DNA of 64,000 nucleotides from Tubiluchus corallicola (GCA_030141605.1 JAQGDQ010000102.1:383660-447659), one strand, 5' to 3'. Numbered from the stretch's first letter, positions 37,286-52,000 are shown. The notes: a model not told the origin generated them from the sequence alone. Numbers and translations are program-made.

Positions 37286-37861
37286 CCATTCTGCAAACCA
37301 ACAAATTTTGTTTATGTAGGCCTAACTGAACCACAAAGAAACAGGCTTAGAGACGCGTCCAATTCATTTGCTATATTTTTCTTAATCAAACGTTTATTAT
37401 TATACTATATTGTATTATATTTTATTGTATTATATTCATCATTGTATTGTATTGAATTGTGATTTCTGTCACATGCTTAATTGTTACGTATGCTGTCTTT
37501 ATGGCACTATGTGAGCTGACACAAATTTTATGTCATTTCAGCTTTAAAATTTATTAATGGTGATAATTACTTTATTATTGATATAGTTGTCGTTGTTTGG
37601 CGCAACACTGGTTTTCACATCGACATACTCTTTCTGTTTCTCTGTCTTTCTTTCCTTTCGTTCTTTTCATCCATTCCTCTCTTTCTCCTTTTCCATTTCT
37701 TCCTGAAGTGGCCTTTAATTTATGCGGCTGTTTTGCCATTTTTAGGTCTCCTGTGCCACATAGCTTTACTATTTGTGTTCAAATATATTAATTTTTGTGT
37801 TGTTTTTTCTTCAGCTGCGTTGTAAATATTAGTAATTTGCAATTTGCTAAGTTTCAATAAT

Positions 37862-37863
<2 letters not shown>

Positions 37864-37926
<63 letters not shown>
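37864..37926. repeat. (CAT)21 microsatellite
   Basis: Read directly from the sequence; explains the poly-Met ORF in the track. Confidence 0.95.
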
Positions 37927-38719
37927 TATTATTATAACCTTTGTCTAGGCTAGCTCATGCAGTAAGCCGTCCACATAACTATTTTTTGCGTTAATTTTGC
38001 AAAATGCGACAGCGGCTAAATTAATAAAAAATATATGCCTAATGCCCAAATGTATATTCGCTTTGAGCTGTTAATTTTTACTTGCAAAAACACCCACAAG
38101 CATTTATGTTCTCACTATATTAAATGTTCTCACGTTTTCCAGCCTCTTAATGCTTCCAAGCTAAAAAGCATAATTATGACGGCTTTATATTTTTAAATTT
38201 TATATTTTTATTTATATTTTTTAAAAAACGTAGGCCTGACGGTTTGGAAGACGTAGTAGTTCATAACATACCACAGACAGTTACTAATTTTGCTTTTATA
38301 TAAATAAAATATAACAAACACGTACAATTACTACGTAAGAACTATTACACAGCACGACGAATTGTTACCAATTGTTCACATGACCACCACTCTATTATCC
38401 CAATAAGAATTTTAAGTACATGTAACTTTTGATATTCGTTTTTAATAGGCCCTATCAGGCAATATTCAACGAACTAGTTTTAGATAAATTATTATAAGTT
38501 GTGGAATTTATGAACAGCATTTAACTGTCTACACTAGATCAGATTCCGAAAGGTGGCCTTCGTGGCATTAAACTAACCCTCCTACATAGTGATAGCTGCA
38601 ATTAGTAATTTGCGCCCAGCTAACGCTCTCTAAGCGGACTAATTTCACACTAATGTCAAACTTTTGACAATCATTCTAGTTATTAAGAAAAGTAGTCATG
38701 ATTTCATCATCGACTAAGT

Positions 38720-39113
38720 TGAGTGGCTTCTGTCGCATATGGCTCCGGACATATGCCTAGCAACCGTGACGTCATTACTTCGGTTCGAGCAGAAACCCCT
38801 ACAAAAATAGCTTGGAATCTCCTTACGGACTACTTTTGCCGGCATGATTTTTCAAACAGTGATATTTTAGGAAATGTGAATTGTTTTACTAGGCTAAGAA
38901 ACGCACGTTGTAGCGCATAAGTGATAATTGGCGAAAAATTAGCAAACAAAATTTTGTTTCATTATTAGTTCCTTTTGCAAGTATCGCGCAGTGATATTGA
39001 TGGGGCACGGTGTGTACTTTGGTCCTTGCTGTCCGCCATTTTTATAGTCATCATTGCTGGAATTTGCGTGAACTTAGATATTAACATTTAGTCAAGTTTA
39101 TTCAAATTTACAG
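38720..39113 (+). promoter_or_regulatory. Probable 14-3-3 promoter / 5'UTR region
   Basis: CpG-enriched; palindromic CRE TGACGTCA at 38767-38774; YY1-like CCGCCATTTT at ~39034-39043; acceptor-like TTTACAG ending 39113, just before the ATG. Confidence 0.5.
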
Positions 39114-39121
39114 CGTCCAAA

Positions 39122-39433
39122 ATGGATAAATTGGAGAAGGAGAAAAAAGATGAGTTGGTGCAACGGGCCAAATTAGCGGAGCAGGCGGAAAGGTATGACG
39201 ATATGGCAGAAGCGATGAAAAAAGTCACAATGTTAGAATCGGAATTGAGCAACGAGGAACGAAACCTCCTGTCAGTCGCGTACAAAAATGTGGTTGGAGC
39301 AAGGCGAAGTTCGTGGCGGGTAATATCAAGTATTGAACAAAAAACGGAAGGCAGTGAGAAGAAACAACAAATGGCCAGAGAATACAGAGAAAAAGTTGAA
39401 AAAGAATTACGAGAAATCTGTTTTGATGTTTTG
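39122..39433 (+). CDS. YWHAZ: 14-3-3 zeta-type protein, coding exon 1
   Basis: MDK...[19 protein letters not shown]...[31 protein letters not shown]...ICFDVL; TTG|GTAAGC donor; 104 codons. Confidence 0.97.
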
Positions 39434-40552
39434 GTAAGCACACACCTAGTACTAGTAGTAGTATTCTTTTGAAGGGTGAGTCTGTGACTCATCACATAAG
39501 TATTCGACTTTGGTATATAATTAATATAACGTCTACTACCATTGATTTTGCAAATGTTGACTTTCATTTGTTGGTGCATGTGGCTTGTGAGCCTGTTTTT
39601 GCGGTGCTGTGCAGTAACTCATTATGGTACAGTAAAAAGCAGACATATGCTCATTCTATATAGGATGTGTTCCTATATCTCTGACCATAATGCAAGACTT
39701 GAAGACATTTATTTCATTCGAAGTAGAAATAAAGAATTTTCAATTTCTAATATCTTTGGTTTGAATTGGTAGTTCTAAGACCTGAAAATAGATTTTGGTT
39801 ATCTTTTGATTTCCAAAGTGTAGAAGGGCCGTCCCAAGTTCAGGCAAAAATTTTAATGTTGCAACTGATAATACCTGCACACATCAAGTTTAAAAAATAT
39901 TTGGAATTTGAAAATAATGAGAAGAATCCTTTAGTATATGTCAAGTGGTTAGTCCCTGAGGAAGAAAGGCTGTTAAAAAATAAATGGGCATCCATTGGGT
40001 CTGCCTATAATATTACAGGTTTCAGAGTCTGAGCCTTTTAAAATAAGTGAATATTTGTACTACGAAAAAAGCACAAATTTGTTTGATCAACTGCAAATAC
40101 TGAGCAACTGGAGTTATCAAGTTTAAGAATGCAAAAGAAGTTCAAAGATTTAGCCAAATATGGAATTCAGCATTGGTCATTTCAAAAGTGAACATGCTTT
40201 GCAAATACTCACAACCAGCTTCAGAACCTTAAACGTATTTCATCATTTCTAGAATGTCGATACGTGTATCATTGTAAGATTATGTATACTAATTACCAAT
40301 ACTAATTTTGTGTTTGTGTACATTGCAGATGCTGTTTTTACTGATATTTTACAATTAATTTATTTTGTAAGGCTGTATATTTTAATGTACAAGATAAACA
40401 ATAATAACAAACCTAACTGTTTACTTAAATTGCTCCTTGTGAGTTTAGAAACTTGAGAATTAGTATGAAAAGTGCAACAAAAATGTATATTCCGCATTAG
40501 TACTAACCAAGCACAATCGAATGTGATTTAATTTAACATTTGTTGTGTGCAC

Positions 40553-41443
40553 TAGTGATGGGACGAATTGGAACTTTGATTCGGATCAATCCCAGTTTTA
40601 CTTTAAGTGTTTCAGATCCTCTTCGAGCTTGGCTTAAAAAAATGTGAAGCAGCCTTCGTGATTTCTGTTTACTCAGTTTAAGGAACAAATCCGTTGCCAA
40701 CTATTGCTGTAAAATTTATGTAATATCCCTTCTTACCAGTTTAATCTCTAACAAAAGTAACATTTTTACATTTTGCGATGTGTGCTATGTCATGTTGACA
40801 TCTTTATTATGATCGTGAAATTCCTTAAAAATTATGCACTGCATAAATTATTTGTAATTAAACTCAGTGCCCAGCTCGCACCAAATATTTTCAAAGTGTG
40901 ACACAATTTAGGCACAAGATTTGGATTATTATGCTTCTAAACACAAACAATACTTTAGCACCATGTGAATTTTTCAATTATTTTAGTTGAAAATGAGAAA
41001 GTTCAGTCACAAAATACTCCAAATATCCCGATTTTTTTGTATGTAGTAGCACCCACATTTTGCAAAGTAACGGCATTATTTTACAGATGGAAGTAAGTAA
41101 AAAACAAGCTGAAAGTGAACTAAGGTAATAACTAAATCTGAACTAAGAAACTACTTTTTAGCAAGGCCATTATATGAGACCGTGTTTTATATATATGTTT
41201 CAACGAAACACCCATTGCAACTAACACTACACTCATTCTAAGATGGAAACCTACCTGGACTTCAGTTAAGCAAGATTCACATTCAACTTGGTATTGGAAA
41301 TTAAGAATGAATTAAAGATTCGGTTTTTTTAACCATATATATATATATATATATGTGAGATTTCGATTCAGTTCGGTTTGGGAAATGAAACAGAAATCAT
41401 CTTCGACTTCAGTTTCGAAACTTCAAGCTTCATCCCACCCCTA
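40553..41443. mobile_element. Degenerate MITE (TAGTGATGGGA...TCCCACCCCTA)
   Basis: Imperfect inverted termini with TTCG-rich subtermini; TSD eroded. Confidence 0.45.
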
Positions 41444-41854
41444 ATGTATACGTACTTTTAAACATCTGAAAACCTAAAACACCCGAGAGTTTACCTTCTT
41501 GCATTAAGCACGTGTTTTGAATTTTAAAATTTATCACTTTTGCTCCTATACTAATGCAGTATCATTAGTTCCCCGTGTATATAATTGACCTACAGCTCTG
41601 GGAGGTGGGGTGCGATGGCTTCGCCCAAGCGCACGACGTCAGCGCGCCATTGACAGTGGCTACTGAGAGTAGCTACACAATGCATACATTTGCATATAAT
41701 TTTGCTGGCATTTTGAAGTTAAAAATCTTAATTAACTAGCGTTTTCAGCGAATATTATTTTGAGCGAACTCCGCATTAAAGACAAGCGAAGGCTCGTGTG
41801 TGGGAATGTGCAAAATTTGTTTTTATTTTTATTTACTTAAAATTTTGGCCTTGG

Positions 41855-41994
41855 AAATGATGTAAATTTGATGACCTGCAGAGATCCCACTGACACTTTT
41901 GGCCATGTTCAGAAACAGAAACGGATGTATGGAAATGAAAATGATGTAAATTTGATGACCTGCAGAGATCCCACTGACACTTTTGGCCATGTTC
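41855..41994. repeat. Exact 56-bp direct duplication, 84 bp apart
   Basis: AAATGATGTAAATTTGATGACCTGCAGAGATCCCACTGACACTTTTGGCCATGTTC at 41855-41910 and 41939-41994. Confidence 0.9.
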
Positions 41995-42585
41995 GCCTAG
42001 CGTGTAATGCTTACAATTCATAAAATCAATAAAGACTGTTGCGCTAACTTCTTGTTTTCTTATTCACACTTATGTTACTTAGTACAACTGTCCAAGAGTA
42101 GACTAAGACTGCTCACTACAGTTGGGTTTGTTTCAAAACATAAGCAGTATTTGGCACAGCAGTTAGGCGTGTGGTCACTGAGTGGTCATTTATTCAAATG
42201 TTCTTAATTGCTAATTTAAATATTTTTAATATATTATGACTTGTGAGTATGAGCATTTGAAGTGAAATCAGTAAATTCTAATGTTATAGTCGTTAGCCAG
42301 AGTTTTTGTTTGCAATTGCAAACTTATATTGCATTTGTGGAAATCCATTGGCTTTTCCTTTTTTAAATCGGTGTTATTTTGAGAACAAAAGTCGCATTTA
42401 TTCCTAAAATGTATGTAAAATGTTTTGTGGCACTATTCTGCTCTTTTAAACATATGTTTTTTGCCACTTCTCTTTTAAATGCCTTTTGTAACATTTTTGT
42501 AATATTCTATATTTTTTAAATTTTGTGAAACTTCATTTAAATCACCAGGCATTGTAAACACGTGACTTTGTTTGAACTGTTGCAG

Positions 42586-42709
42586 GGCTTACTAGACAAA
42601 TATTTGATTCCAAAAGCTACAAATGCGGAAAGTAAAGTTTTCTATCTTAAGATGAAAGGTGATTACTACAGGTATCTAGCCGAAGTCGCAACGGGAGAAT
42701 CAAGGCAAG
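42586..42709 (+). CDS. YWHAZ: 14-3-3 coding exon 2
   Basis: 124 nt, [41 protein letters not shown]; AG/GT bounded. Confidence 0.97.
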
Positions 42710-45500
42710 GTAAGATGCGGCGTAAAACAGCTTACGATTAAACTGGTAGCTTTTTTTAAGAGAATAGAAAAGTTGTTTTCCGGCTGACAATAAAAATATT
42801 TCTGTTTCTGTTAATTGCCCGGATAATTTTAATTATCGCACACCCAGCCAAAAATTCCATAATTTTTTTGAGCGTCATATCCTTACCTTACCTACCTTAA
42901 AAGCATATTTTTTAATTTAAACTAGAACACAATAATTCTTATAACACATTAGCTAGGTTGTAACCATGTTTCTCAGCACTCAGAATAATGACGATGCCAA
43001 TAATGACAATTGCCATGATGTGTGTGTCATCTTTGCTGAAAAGAACGGGCGATGCTTGCACCTGTTAAACTACCTGTTTAGCAGCGTGCACTTTACAAAG
43101 TTTAGACTTTAGAATGTATATTCCATTCGTAATGCTTCAATATTTTCCTCCCTCCCTACTGACATTTTTTTGTTTCATGAGGTAAGATTGGTTGCCCTCA
43201 TTTGTCAAATGTACGCTAGTATTGCTATGTACAACTTGTGGGAGAATCGGCTGTGGATCCTCGTGGATTTTCCTTTCTAAGTCAACATAGTTACAAGCCT
43301 GTTGAGATGACGCTGAGGCTTATTGGTCAGATCACTATTGCACTCGTTAGCGATGTAACAGCAAAATTAGCATAGCTTCAGAACTCCCATAACTGATGTT
43401 TAGCTTGTTCTTCAAAGATGGTGTTGCATATTGCCTGTTATCCGGGTCTCCCTCAAATCTGTTAACAGCTTTTAAAGCTGACAGATAGAGATGTGAAAAT
43501 GCAAATTATACCTGATACGTACAGTAAGTCAGTATAACATACTCAGATTTCTTCACATGGGATCTGCGCTGTGACATTAGTCAAATAATTTGTCATTTCA
43601 TTCTATGACTGTGGCAATAATGATGACTTGGACAAGGACCTTTTTTCGGAGCTTTTAGTAGAAAAATGGCCACAGACTGCTGTTTAACATGTGTCAGTTT
43701 CATTAGTTGGAAGGGAAACGATGAGCTGCCACCGAGGACTGACACGTTTTTTTGAAGCAGCCTGTTGCATTTACTCAGTATTTCTTGAAGCTTTATTGTG
43801 CTTATAACCAAATTGACTATTTCTGATTTGCACTGCAGTATGTTGCAAACAACTATAACTTTGTCAGACTAGCCACAAAAATTGTTTGTGTCTTACCTCA
43901 TGAGCTCAAAAAATGTCAGTATGAAATCAGTCTGTTTATTTCCCACTGGTTACCAGTAATGTTTTAAATTTTTTTCAATGCACCTTTTTACGCTTTATAT
44001 ATCATATAGGAGGAGATGGGGTGAAATGAATAGGCTTTTTTCTACATTGTAATTTTAAGAAATGAACTTTTCTATCCTGTTAATTATTTTTATTTCAACC
44101 AAGCATTCTAAGTTTGTTTTGTTTAGTAAAGCTCCTCGGTGTAGCAACAACAGCATTCTGCTTAACTTATGCGACATTTTTTTTGAAAAAAAGGCCTGTA
44201 CCAATTCCGCCACCTCTAGGGTGAAAGAGGTAATATGTGTTTGCTGATTGCTTTACATTCATTTCAGTAATCTGTAGGTTGAAGTGGGTATAGTAGATAG
44301 TAGTAAAAAAAATCGAAAATTATTCTTACTGCAATAATTTGTATAATGTGAATCACTAATGCAAGTGGTTCAGGTTTAGTACACTGGTATCACACCATGT
44401 CTGAACTTCGTACAGTACATACGCCCCTCTAGTATTAAATGGTGTAGAAGTTCTTATCCTCAATGTTCGTCCCACGTTACCGTAGTCTCTTTTTTGTATG
44501 ATATGAACGTATGTTCTGATAATTGTGGTATAAGCGGCAACACTACTTTGCTGATTTGGTAGAAAGTAGAATACTTTTTAGCCTCCAACATGATAATCAG
44601 CATCATACAAAATGGCAACCCTGACCGAGTGTTAGCCACTAGAAAAATGGCCGCGTCTTCCAAAACAACGAGTTTATAATAATTATTGCATTTTACGTTT
44701 TAAATTAAAAATACACTTTTATATGTCTGCATCAGGTAAGTTTCTGAATTGTCAAAAAAATATAAAATTCCGGGCCAAGATAAAAAATATGACTCAGGTG
44801 TATAGATGGAAACAGAAGTATTTTTATTGTCGGCTTTACATGTTTGCATCAACTTTTGCTTTTTTATCAACCTGGATATTTTGTGCTCTTCAATCTTACG
44901 TAAGAGAATTATCTAAAAATATTGTGTTCATAATTATCCAACTCCCGAAGATGTTCTCCATCTTTACAAGTCAGCTTCCTGATCTTGGGGTTCTGCAGGC
45001 CCAGCTGAGCTAGTTTGACGGTTTGTTACCTTAACCCTCTCGACAGATTGCAAATTTTATCAGTCAAGTCAAGACTAATTTGCATTTGACCCAGTAGCCC
45101 CTCGTTTGTCGAAGATCTTTTGCTACATTAACTTCTTTTATTGCAGCTTAAGATGCTGCTCTTCATTGGTCCAAATGCCAACAGCTTGCGTGATGCAAAT
45201 CAGCTTTTTATCAGTCATTTTCTCCCAGAATTCCTGTTAGAAAATCATTTCCTCGTTAACCACAACCTCACTGCTTTCAAGAAAAGACGTCAACAGGTAC
45301 CTCTTGTCACTGACAAAGGTGAATTTTGGCCTTTTCTGGAACTGTGTTCTTGTTCTTACTTCTTATGTTTAACCGCCAATTGCCTTTGGCCTTATTGGGG
45401 TAATATTATGTAACAAAAATGTATGACAACATTTACGGGAACATTTGATATGCCTGCTGACTGGTTCTGATAAACAAGATTCCTTGAAACTTTGTTGCAG

Positions 45501-45664
45501 GTATAGTAGAAGACTCACAGAAAGCTTATCAAGACGCGTTCGACATTGCCAAGAATAAAATGCAGCCTACACATCCAATCCGGCTTGGTTTAGCACTAAA
45601 TTTCTCAGTATTTTATTATGAAATTTTGAACGCACCAGAACGTGCCTGCCATTTGGCAAAGCAG
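45501..45664 (+). CDS. YWHAZ: 14-3-3 coding exon 3
   Basis: 164 nt, [54 protein letters not shown]. Confidence 0.97.
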
Positions 45665-47653
45665 GTAAAACTAACTACGTACTTGCATTTATTGTAAAGT
45701 GTAATGTCAGCCTGAAGTAACAGTCTAGGTTTATGATTGTTGGCATAATCGGTCTCCTTAAAACTTCTTCAATTCAATTAATTTCAATTTTTATTTATTG
45801 TTTTTTTTTGTGCACTATAAACAATCATTATTAATAGGTTTAATAAGTACGTCACGAAATATAATTACAAAAGTTATAAAGGTAGAGAAAGGATAGGAAG
45901 TTACCTAGTCTGCTGTTCTTTACTTAGTATAGGAAACGATCATTAGACACACAGGTGGGTATGTAAATTTGCTGTTGACGGTTTAGGAAACATCATTACA
46001 TTTAAGATTATAACACTTACTATTACTACATAATTAAGTAATCGAAAATAGGAAAAATATTACAAAATAGTGTGTTGAGAGAAATGGTATATAGTGTCAG
46101 TCTTGCTGAAACGACTAAAGAAACTAACATTTTGAGTTCAAGTAGATCATGTCTGTTGATTTAAGCCAATTTATTAGCTTATATTGATGATAGGTTCATA
46201 TTAGTGCCAGTTTGTGAAGTGGAGGTAAACCTTCTGACGAAACGTTTACATGAGTTAAGTAGTGTGAAAGTGAAAGAATGTGTCTACACACTTAGGTGGT
46301 TAAGATCTTGTGTATAAGAAACTTTGGGTCAAGGTCAAAGTGCAACTCGGAAAGGTTGCCTGAAACCAGTCTGAGATAGATCTGTGGATGAAAGCTTGAA
46401 AGGTTGTTCAAAATTCATTGGGAAAATATGCAAATCTAAGTGCGGTACATCAATTTCACAACATCCTTCATTTTTCAGCAGCCATAACTTCGGTAAATTG
46501 ACTGACTCCGTTTTTAGTATCGGCTCTTTCTTTCGACTCTTTAATCTATTTTATAAGAACCCGAAGAAGTCTATGATTAAATAACTTTTTTTATTAAAAA
46601 AAGGTGAACGGAGTAAGCTGAAAAAAGCACTCCTTGACAGCTGTTCTTAGTCTCCTCTTATATTCTGATCTGTTTATTTTTATTGTTATCTCAACTTTTT
46701 CATTTAATTTTCTTTTTATGACTTACACTGCTTTATTCTGTAGAGAGGGGACTTTGATACATGGGAAAGAATGTTAGTTTTTATCCAAATAAAAGTGTGT
46801 CAGCCAAAATGATCTCATTTCAATGTTGACATTTAACATTTCATTGTGTTTGTAATCTAGTCTTTACAAATTTTTGTTGTATGAAATGAGATACCAATAT
46901 GCAGTGATAGAGAGTGAAGCACTCTGTTCAACATATAGTTTGCACACACTATTTCATTGCTAGAACTGGACCTAGAAGCTAAATAACTCGATTTAGTAGG
47001 CTTATTAAATTTTCTTGTCAAATACACCAGGTAATAGGAGATGGTTGATGCTGTGCACCATCACTACAATAATGCCATTGAACTAATTTATGCACGTCTG
47101 TCGAAAAGTACAGTAGTGCAGTAGACAATAAAATAACTAGTAACGTACTTAGTTAACTGATTTTTCATAATTGAAATCACTTTGATTACTTTGCAAGCTA
47201 TCCTGTGATTTGCTGCAAGCTTCATTAGTTCTGGTACTTCGAGTGTGTTGAATGAGATGCACCAAAATCAGTTCATTTGTAGGGTAACAGATGGACCGGG
47301 CAGTTGTGCAACAGTGTTTATTGTTTGTATAAAATCAAGAAACCATGAAAAAAAATATGAAACTGGTGTAACAATAGTACTAAACGATCACTACTGTTTG
47401 ATTTCTAATTCGCGAACTTCAGATTCAAAGTGGAAGATTCAGTTAATGTTTCAAAAACACATGCGAGTGCGCCACCCCATTACACCCTCGGTGTTTGATT
47501 TTTTCTGGTCACATTAAGAGAAACTGACATCAAATTTCAAACACAAATTTGCAAATTGATGGGTAGAGTAAACGTGTGCTGGAGGCTTCATGTAGTCGTG
47601 ATCAAAATGTGCTTGTGTTTATTACAGGATTATTTTTAAAAGTTTTTTGGTAA

Positions 47654-47773
<120 letters not shown>

Positions 47774-48398
47774 TGAATTGATGATTTTTTTTGTGGATCA
47801 GTGGGTGGCGACTGACGAGGTTTCTTCCATACATTTGTTTGTCCTAATGTTTCTATAGTTGCAATTGATCAAAGGAAGTTTTTCTTTTAGAGATGCTTCC
47901 AATGCAGAAGTGCACCAGCGTGTGCTTCATTTACTTGTTCATAATGAATATCGAAAATCCTGTGATCCGGCTAGGCTAGTGATAGTGAAAATGGCTGGCT
48001 AGCGATATTCAATTGACCACTTACTCTAGGGATTTGTGGGGGCGAAAAATCTTTTAAAGAAATTAGAACTCACCAGTTTTGCAAATATTAGAAGGCGTGG
48101 TTAAGTTCTCGTTGATTTACTCATTATTTATGGCTGATCATCATGAATGTCTTGCTGCCTAGTGGGTGGTCCTTTGTTTGTTTCCTTTAATAAACTCTGA
48201 TTTTCCCCTTATTGGATGTGGTCTGCATTATCTAGCATGTAATGATCATTTTGCATAGCTGCATTTTGAATTATTTATGAATCTGACTAAGCATTTATTG
48301 TAATAATTGGTTAATGGAGAATTAAGACTGTGTATGTAATGTATAAGCCACGCCTGCATTCATTCGTCAGTATTGATTATTACAAGGGTAGTGTCCAC

Positions 48399-48769
48399 TA
48401 GGGGTGAGCATTTCACCAGAAAGCAATCGAATTTGCGACTTTTCCAACTCGAATGAAACTGAATTTCAGCATTTTTGAATCTAAATTGAATTCGAATTTA
48501 GTTTTAAAGATTTTTGAATGAATATTCGAAATTACTAATAAAAAGAGGTCTTACAAAATCATGCATATTACTTGATTTTGTTCTGCAGTAAAAACACTAA
48601 TAATTAGTTTGAAAATCGTGTCATAATTAAATGTTTCAAACATTTTAATGATAAAGAACATATGTGGTTGAAGTGCTGAGTTTTTTTAATCTATAATTTT
48701 AGGTTTGAATCGAATGTGAACTAAAAAAACTCGTTCACATTGAATTCGAACATTCGATGCTCACCCCTA
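48399..48769. mobile_element. hAT-like MITE (family of 18628-19036)
   Basis: Perfect 13-bp TIR TAGGGGTGAGCAT / ATGCTCACCCCTA; TTCGAA-rich subtermini. Confidence 0.75.
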
Positions 48770-49003
48770 GTGCCCGTGTGATGCAGAGATTTTGCGGGCA
48801 ACAAGTACTGATCATAATGTAGTATAAATTAAGAAAAGCCTTTTTTGTTGTTTGAGACATTTTTAATTCACTGTGATATAAGAAAATGGTATTTGCCGTC
48901 TGATTTGATCTATGGCTCTTTTTAGAGAATGATTCTTCATGTTTAATTCGGTTTGACAAGTTAATAATTGGGTTGTTTTACACAATTCTTTGTATTTTTT
49001 CAG

Positions 49004-49063
49004 TTGTGGACATCGGACGCAGCGGGAGAAGGTGACGAAGGAGGGGACGGAGGGGATAACTGA
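49004..49063 (+). CDS. YWHAZ: 14-3-3 coding exon 5 (terminal)
   Basis: LWTSDAAGEGDEGGDGGDN*; total 251 aa. Confidence 0.95.
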   Translation: MWTSDAAGEGDEGGDGGDN

Positions 49064-52000
49064 GACTAACTTAAAATAAAGACTATGCCACTGTTTTCAA
49101 TCGTATAATTTACCATCTTGTGTTATAATGGCTCAAAATGAGCTTTGAATATTATACAACATAATCATCGTCTTCTAGCGTCGTGTCTAGTTTACCTATC
49201 TTCAATATCCGGTACGTGTGTCTGGAAACCCGCTGCAGAGAGAATTTCGGCTGGACTGTAGTGACACCTATCGAGCTGATGAGAAAGTTTCCGCGTCTCT
49301 GCTACATTCGCCTTGTAATCATTGTGTTAGCTGTCAACGCATTCGAGGATGACAGCCTCCCGGATGCTCTTTCCGAAAATTTTGATATAAATACATCTTG
49401 CAAAGTGTGACGTTAGCTTTGTGACGTCACGCTTAAGTTAAGGTGGCTTTATTTTTTCTTAACTATTTCTTATCCTTTACCTGTAACATGAACTGTTTTG
49501 TTTCTAGGGCGAATGACGTACATTTATTTTTTTCATTTGAGTTATTTATGGACGGTTTTACCTCGTCATTAATGGAGACTAGTTGTTTTTCCCGTGCTGC
49601 TGTAGTAGGTAACCTAGTGTGTCGTGGTAGTAACCCTTTAATGCCATTGTTACAAACGATCGTTTTTTGTTACCGTTCGTTTATATGCATATCTGTTAGC
49701 GTCGGAAGCAGCTCTCCGTTGTCTAGAAGTATTGTTTGGCAAGTTGTCATATAAATGTAAGAATCGTTTGCTATTTATAATGTAGTTTTTCTTTTAATGT
49801 TCGCTTTTAGAATCAAGTTGATGTAGAAGTAAATCATTGTGGCTATCCTGTGAGCAGAGCAGAATTCAAATTTCGAATAGTTTATGTTTTTAATCATCCG
49901 TTTCGGGATTGGTTCGAACTTTCGTAACTGGAACAAATACAGCGTTTTTCGATGCAAGTTTTAAAGCTTTGCGCTAAAAATTATTTCACTTAACCTCATT
50001 CTTTCTTTCTCGGTACTCGGAAAAATGCATTTTGAAATAAGCACGTATTATTCTGAAGGCAAACAATGTTAAAATGTCAATTATTTGGTTATACAGAGCT
50101 CACATCATCAGCATGCTACGCTTGTTAAGTGTAGTGTTTTGGTGATAATGTTTTAGACCAACCTGTAGGTGAAAAATACTGGCTTTGCTCATTTGTAACA
50201 ATTAAACTGTTGCACGGTTTCTAAAGTAAAATCTGTTGTGATTGATCCATGTGTAAATGTATGTAGTAATTTAGAAGTTTTTTGTAGAAGCTGTAACATA
50301 CTGTGGAATACTCTATCTATAGACATTCATTGCTTTTGTACAGTGTAAAATTTTGGGATAAAACCTCGGCTTTAAAGGGTTATAAAGCCATAACGCATTT
50401 AAAATTTCTCGCTTGTCCCATCCCAGGTTGTGCGTCGATGTGTAAGTTAGCCGAGAAAATCCGTTGCTTGCGACTCTTTATAGATAGTGCGGCTTGCAAT
50501 CTGTTAGTAGCTAATGTTGAAATTTTAGGCTTCGTGTACTAATGCCACGCAGTGATTTTCTTAAATTATCTATTGATTATTGTCTACGGCTATCAGACGA
50601 GGCATTGCATGAGCTAAACCAGTTTCCGGCACATGCCTATATTTGCAATGTTACGTTGTGATGTAGACTAAATATTTGAAATAGCCCCCTTCACAACATC
50701 TCCTGGGGGGATAAAACAGTTAGCAATTTGTCATCGTAGTTTTTGTACTCTTCCTTTTTTTCTCTAAAACTCGATCATCATTGGTAACAATTATAGCAGC
50801 ATCTGTACTTTTAAAAACATAAATATACAAGCCATCGGCCGTTGTTTCCGAAGTCTTTGAGAATTCTTTTTGTTTGTAAAGTTTATACCAATTTACACCG
50901 ACTGATTCAGTGCACAGAACATACTTCAATGAATTTACCAGTTTGAGTCTACTGGTAAACCATCTGCATCATTGGAAAACGAAAAGGCAGTCAGACCTCT
51001 TAGTACAGCCTTATACTTTGGGACTGCAAAAACTTGGCGCTGTTGCGAGTTTGGCATTATAACGTGGCGCGTTCATACATGCATATATGTGTAATTAATA
51101 TATATACACCATGCAAACAGAAGTGTTTTGTTTTGCTAAAAATTTGGGCATTCAGCAAGGTTGACATTATAACGAGACTTGCCTGTGAAACATTCATCAA
51201 CCCATGTTTTTAAAAAATTGTAAAATAAGGTGTTTTGGCATGCAGTGAAACCCTTCCACGATGATATAAATATTTTTGGAACAGCATTTATTATACTCCT
51301 ACTTGCATTTTCCAAATTACACAATGCAACAGCACTTGCATTTCTAAAGAAACAGCACAATGCATTCATTTAGGTTTCCAATGTGCTTAGATATTTTCGC
51401 TCATTCTCAACAGTGAAGACAAACATATTCAATTTCATGAAATAAAATGCTTTTGTTTACGTGAGTGAGTGTGTGGTTTTGTACTTCCAAAAGTATGCCA
51501 CATTTCCAGTGATGTCCAACCATTCAGAACTACATTCAATGTTCATAAAACATTATTCATAGAACTACTTTCATAAAACAAATACTTCTGATATTGTACA
51601 TGTTTTCACTTGCATTTGCAAAGGTGTAAACGAACATTTACAGATACACAATTGAATATACAAATTTGAATGTTAAATTTTTTACCTCATGTTTCCAAGG
51701 CAGCAACTATTTCAAATTATCTTGCAGTCCACACAACGATTAGTACGGCTTGGGGGGGAAATAAAGGGTCACTGCATAAGTCTGCTTCTTGACCGAAGTT
51801 ACGCAATACTGAGGCTTGTCGTGGAATGGTTTGTGACGGCGTTGGTTCGATGCTCATTCCGGGCAGGATGCATTTGCCGAATCACCGTAATCATTCTGAG
51901 TGCTACTCCACACAGGGGAGAGGATGTATTCCGTCTTGGAGCGTTAGCCTTGATAATGAGCTAGGTTCAGCTCTCGCCTCACACATCAATGCTAGTTAGG

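Noticed and set aside
37720-37926. Poly-Met ORF
   Set aside because: Translation of the (CAT)21 microsatellite.
41855-41994. C/D-box snoRNA-like motifs (ATGATG...CTGA) in the duplicated unit
   Set aside because: Only ~40 nt from C to D box, imperfect C box, no terminal stem; better explained as a simple duplication.
47891-47944. Acceptor-like site giving an alternative 14-3-3 end RCFQCRSAPACASFTCS*
   Set aside because: No similarity to the conserved LWTS end and no supporting evidence; cryptic AG sites are common.
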